This document shows positions 63,561 to 64,000 of a stretch of DNA of 64,000 nt, piece after piece. The number at the start of each line of letters is the position of its first letter. Within the stretch, counting starts at the first letter, position 1. The notes below the pieces were generated by a model. That model worked only from the letters and a program-made list of their open reading frames with translations, was not told the origin of the DNA and searched no databases. The position numbers were made by a program, and so were the translations under genes. This stretch comes from a virus, in IMG/VR virus record IMGVR_UViG_3300002225_000004. One strand, 5' to 3'.

Positions 63561-63579
63561 CAATAATATTATTTTAATT

Positions 63580-63864
63580 ATGATCGCATTTATAGATTTC
63601 GACCAAGGATTACCAAGGTATGATAAACCCATGCCGGAACACCTTCCAACAGAGACTCAAGCAAAGCTACGTGCCGTATTGGCAGCAATGGAAAACAAGA
63701 AGGTAGTCAAAGTCCTCAAAGAACTAAAGACTCAAATGGCTACGACTATCACGGAACTACGCCCTGAGTGGACCCTCTACTCAATCGATTATGGTAAATG
63801 GTCCTACGTGTCTAATGAAGACATCCTCGACGAATGGATTGATAAGAACAAGCATCAGCTATGA
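63580..63864 (+). CDS. Hypothetical protein
   Basis: Starts 6 nt after a palindrome. Confidence 0.7.
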   Translation: MIAFIDFDQGLPRYDKPMPEHLPTETQAKLRAVLAAMENKKVVKVLKELKTQMATTITELRPEWTLYSIDYGKWSYVSNEDILDEWIDKNKHQL

Positions 63865-64000
63865 ACTACAAAGACTGGTTTAACGAAGCGGAACCTAAGC
63901 AGGGGGGTCGCTCCGCTTCAACCACGCAAGAAGATATGGTGAATGATCTGATAGGCTATAGGTATGTCTTCATCCATCGGGATGATGCGGACAAATTCAT
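63861..64000 (+). CDS. Partial hypothetical protein (5' end)
   Basis: ATGA overlap; open to the window end. Confidence 0.55.
   Translation, partial: MNYKDWFNEAEPKQGGRSASTTQEDMVNDLIGYRYVFIHRDDADKF

Larger units (their letters stand above)
49..63574. repeat. Dispersed 14-bp perfect palindrome AAATAATATTATTT, 36 copies of the 12-bp core AATAATATTATT
   Basis: Manual scan. Start positions of the 14-mer: 49,1231,3635,4485,4840,6115,8432,10558,11402,12358,13921,15432,17072,19694,21769,24496,26323,28735,31210,33989,35466,36493,39417,40965,43146,43360,44923,47309,49971,52796,55341,57217,60875,61359,61807,63561. 29 are perfect and 7 differ at one terminal base. Confidence 0.97.

Noticed and set aside
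1-64000. Stop-codon reassignment
   Set aside because: The standard code already gives dense, overlap-coupled ORFs, and TAA, TAG and TGA are all used as stops
1-64000. Integrase or att site, DNA or RNA polymerase, primase, tRNA, IS element
   Set aside because: No recognisable motifs by eye; divergent versions among the orphans cannot be excluded

Overview
The whole window is one tailed dsDNA bacteriophage genome, or nearly all of one. The gene order (terminase, portal, scaffold, capsid, tail tube or stabilisation protein, injection proteins) suggests a short-tailed, podovirus-like virion. Left arm (1-22.2 kb, + strand): small early genes, SF1 and SF2 helicases, HNH proteins, a MazG-like protein, a SAM methyltransferase, a sulfotransferase, an SSB-like protein, a DHH phosphoesterase, a PD-(D/E)XK nuclease, a C5 methyltransferase-like protein, a replication initiator-like protein, a RuvC-like resolvase and two GroES-like genes. 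Right arm (22.3-61.4 kb, - strand): a 3348-aa polyvalent virion protein, injection and tail proteins, lysis genes, capsid, scaffold, portal, terminase, a glycosyltransferase cluster, poly-Ser proteins and tail fibres. A short + strand block follows at 61.5-64 kb. I saw no polymerase, integrase, reverse transcriptase, tRNA or CRISPR array. Three signals stand out. (1) The A/T-only palindrome AAATAATATTATTT occurs 36 times by manual count. It is spread with an apparent maximum spacing of about 3 kb and is written in-frame into long genes (as N-N-I-I) where no gene junction is available. (2) The giant protein holds five consecutive 270-280-aa cassettes with different cargo, each bounded by an A-L/A-I junction. 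(3) The capsid and tail proteins carry poly-Ser tracts and sit next to phage glycosyltransferases. All functional calls come from motif recognition by eye, not from database searches.
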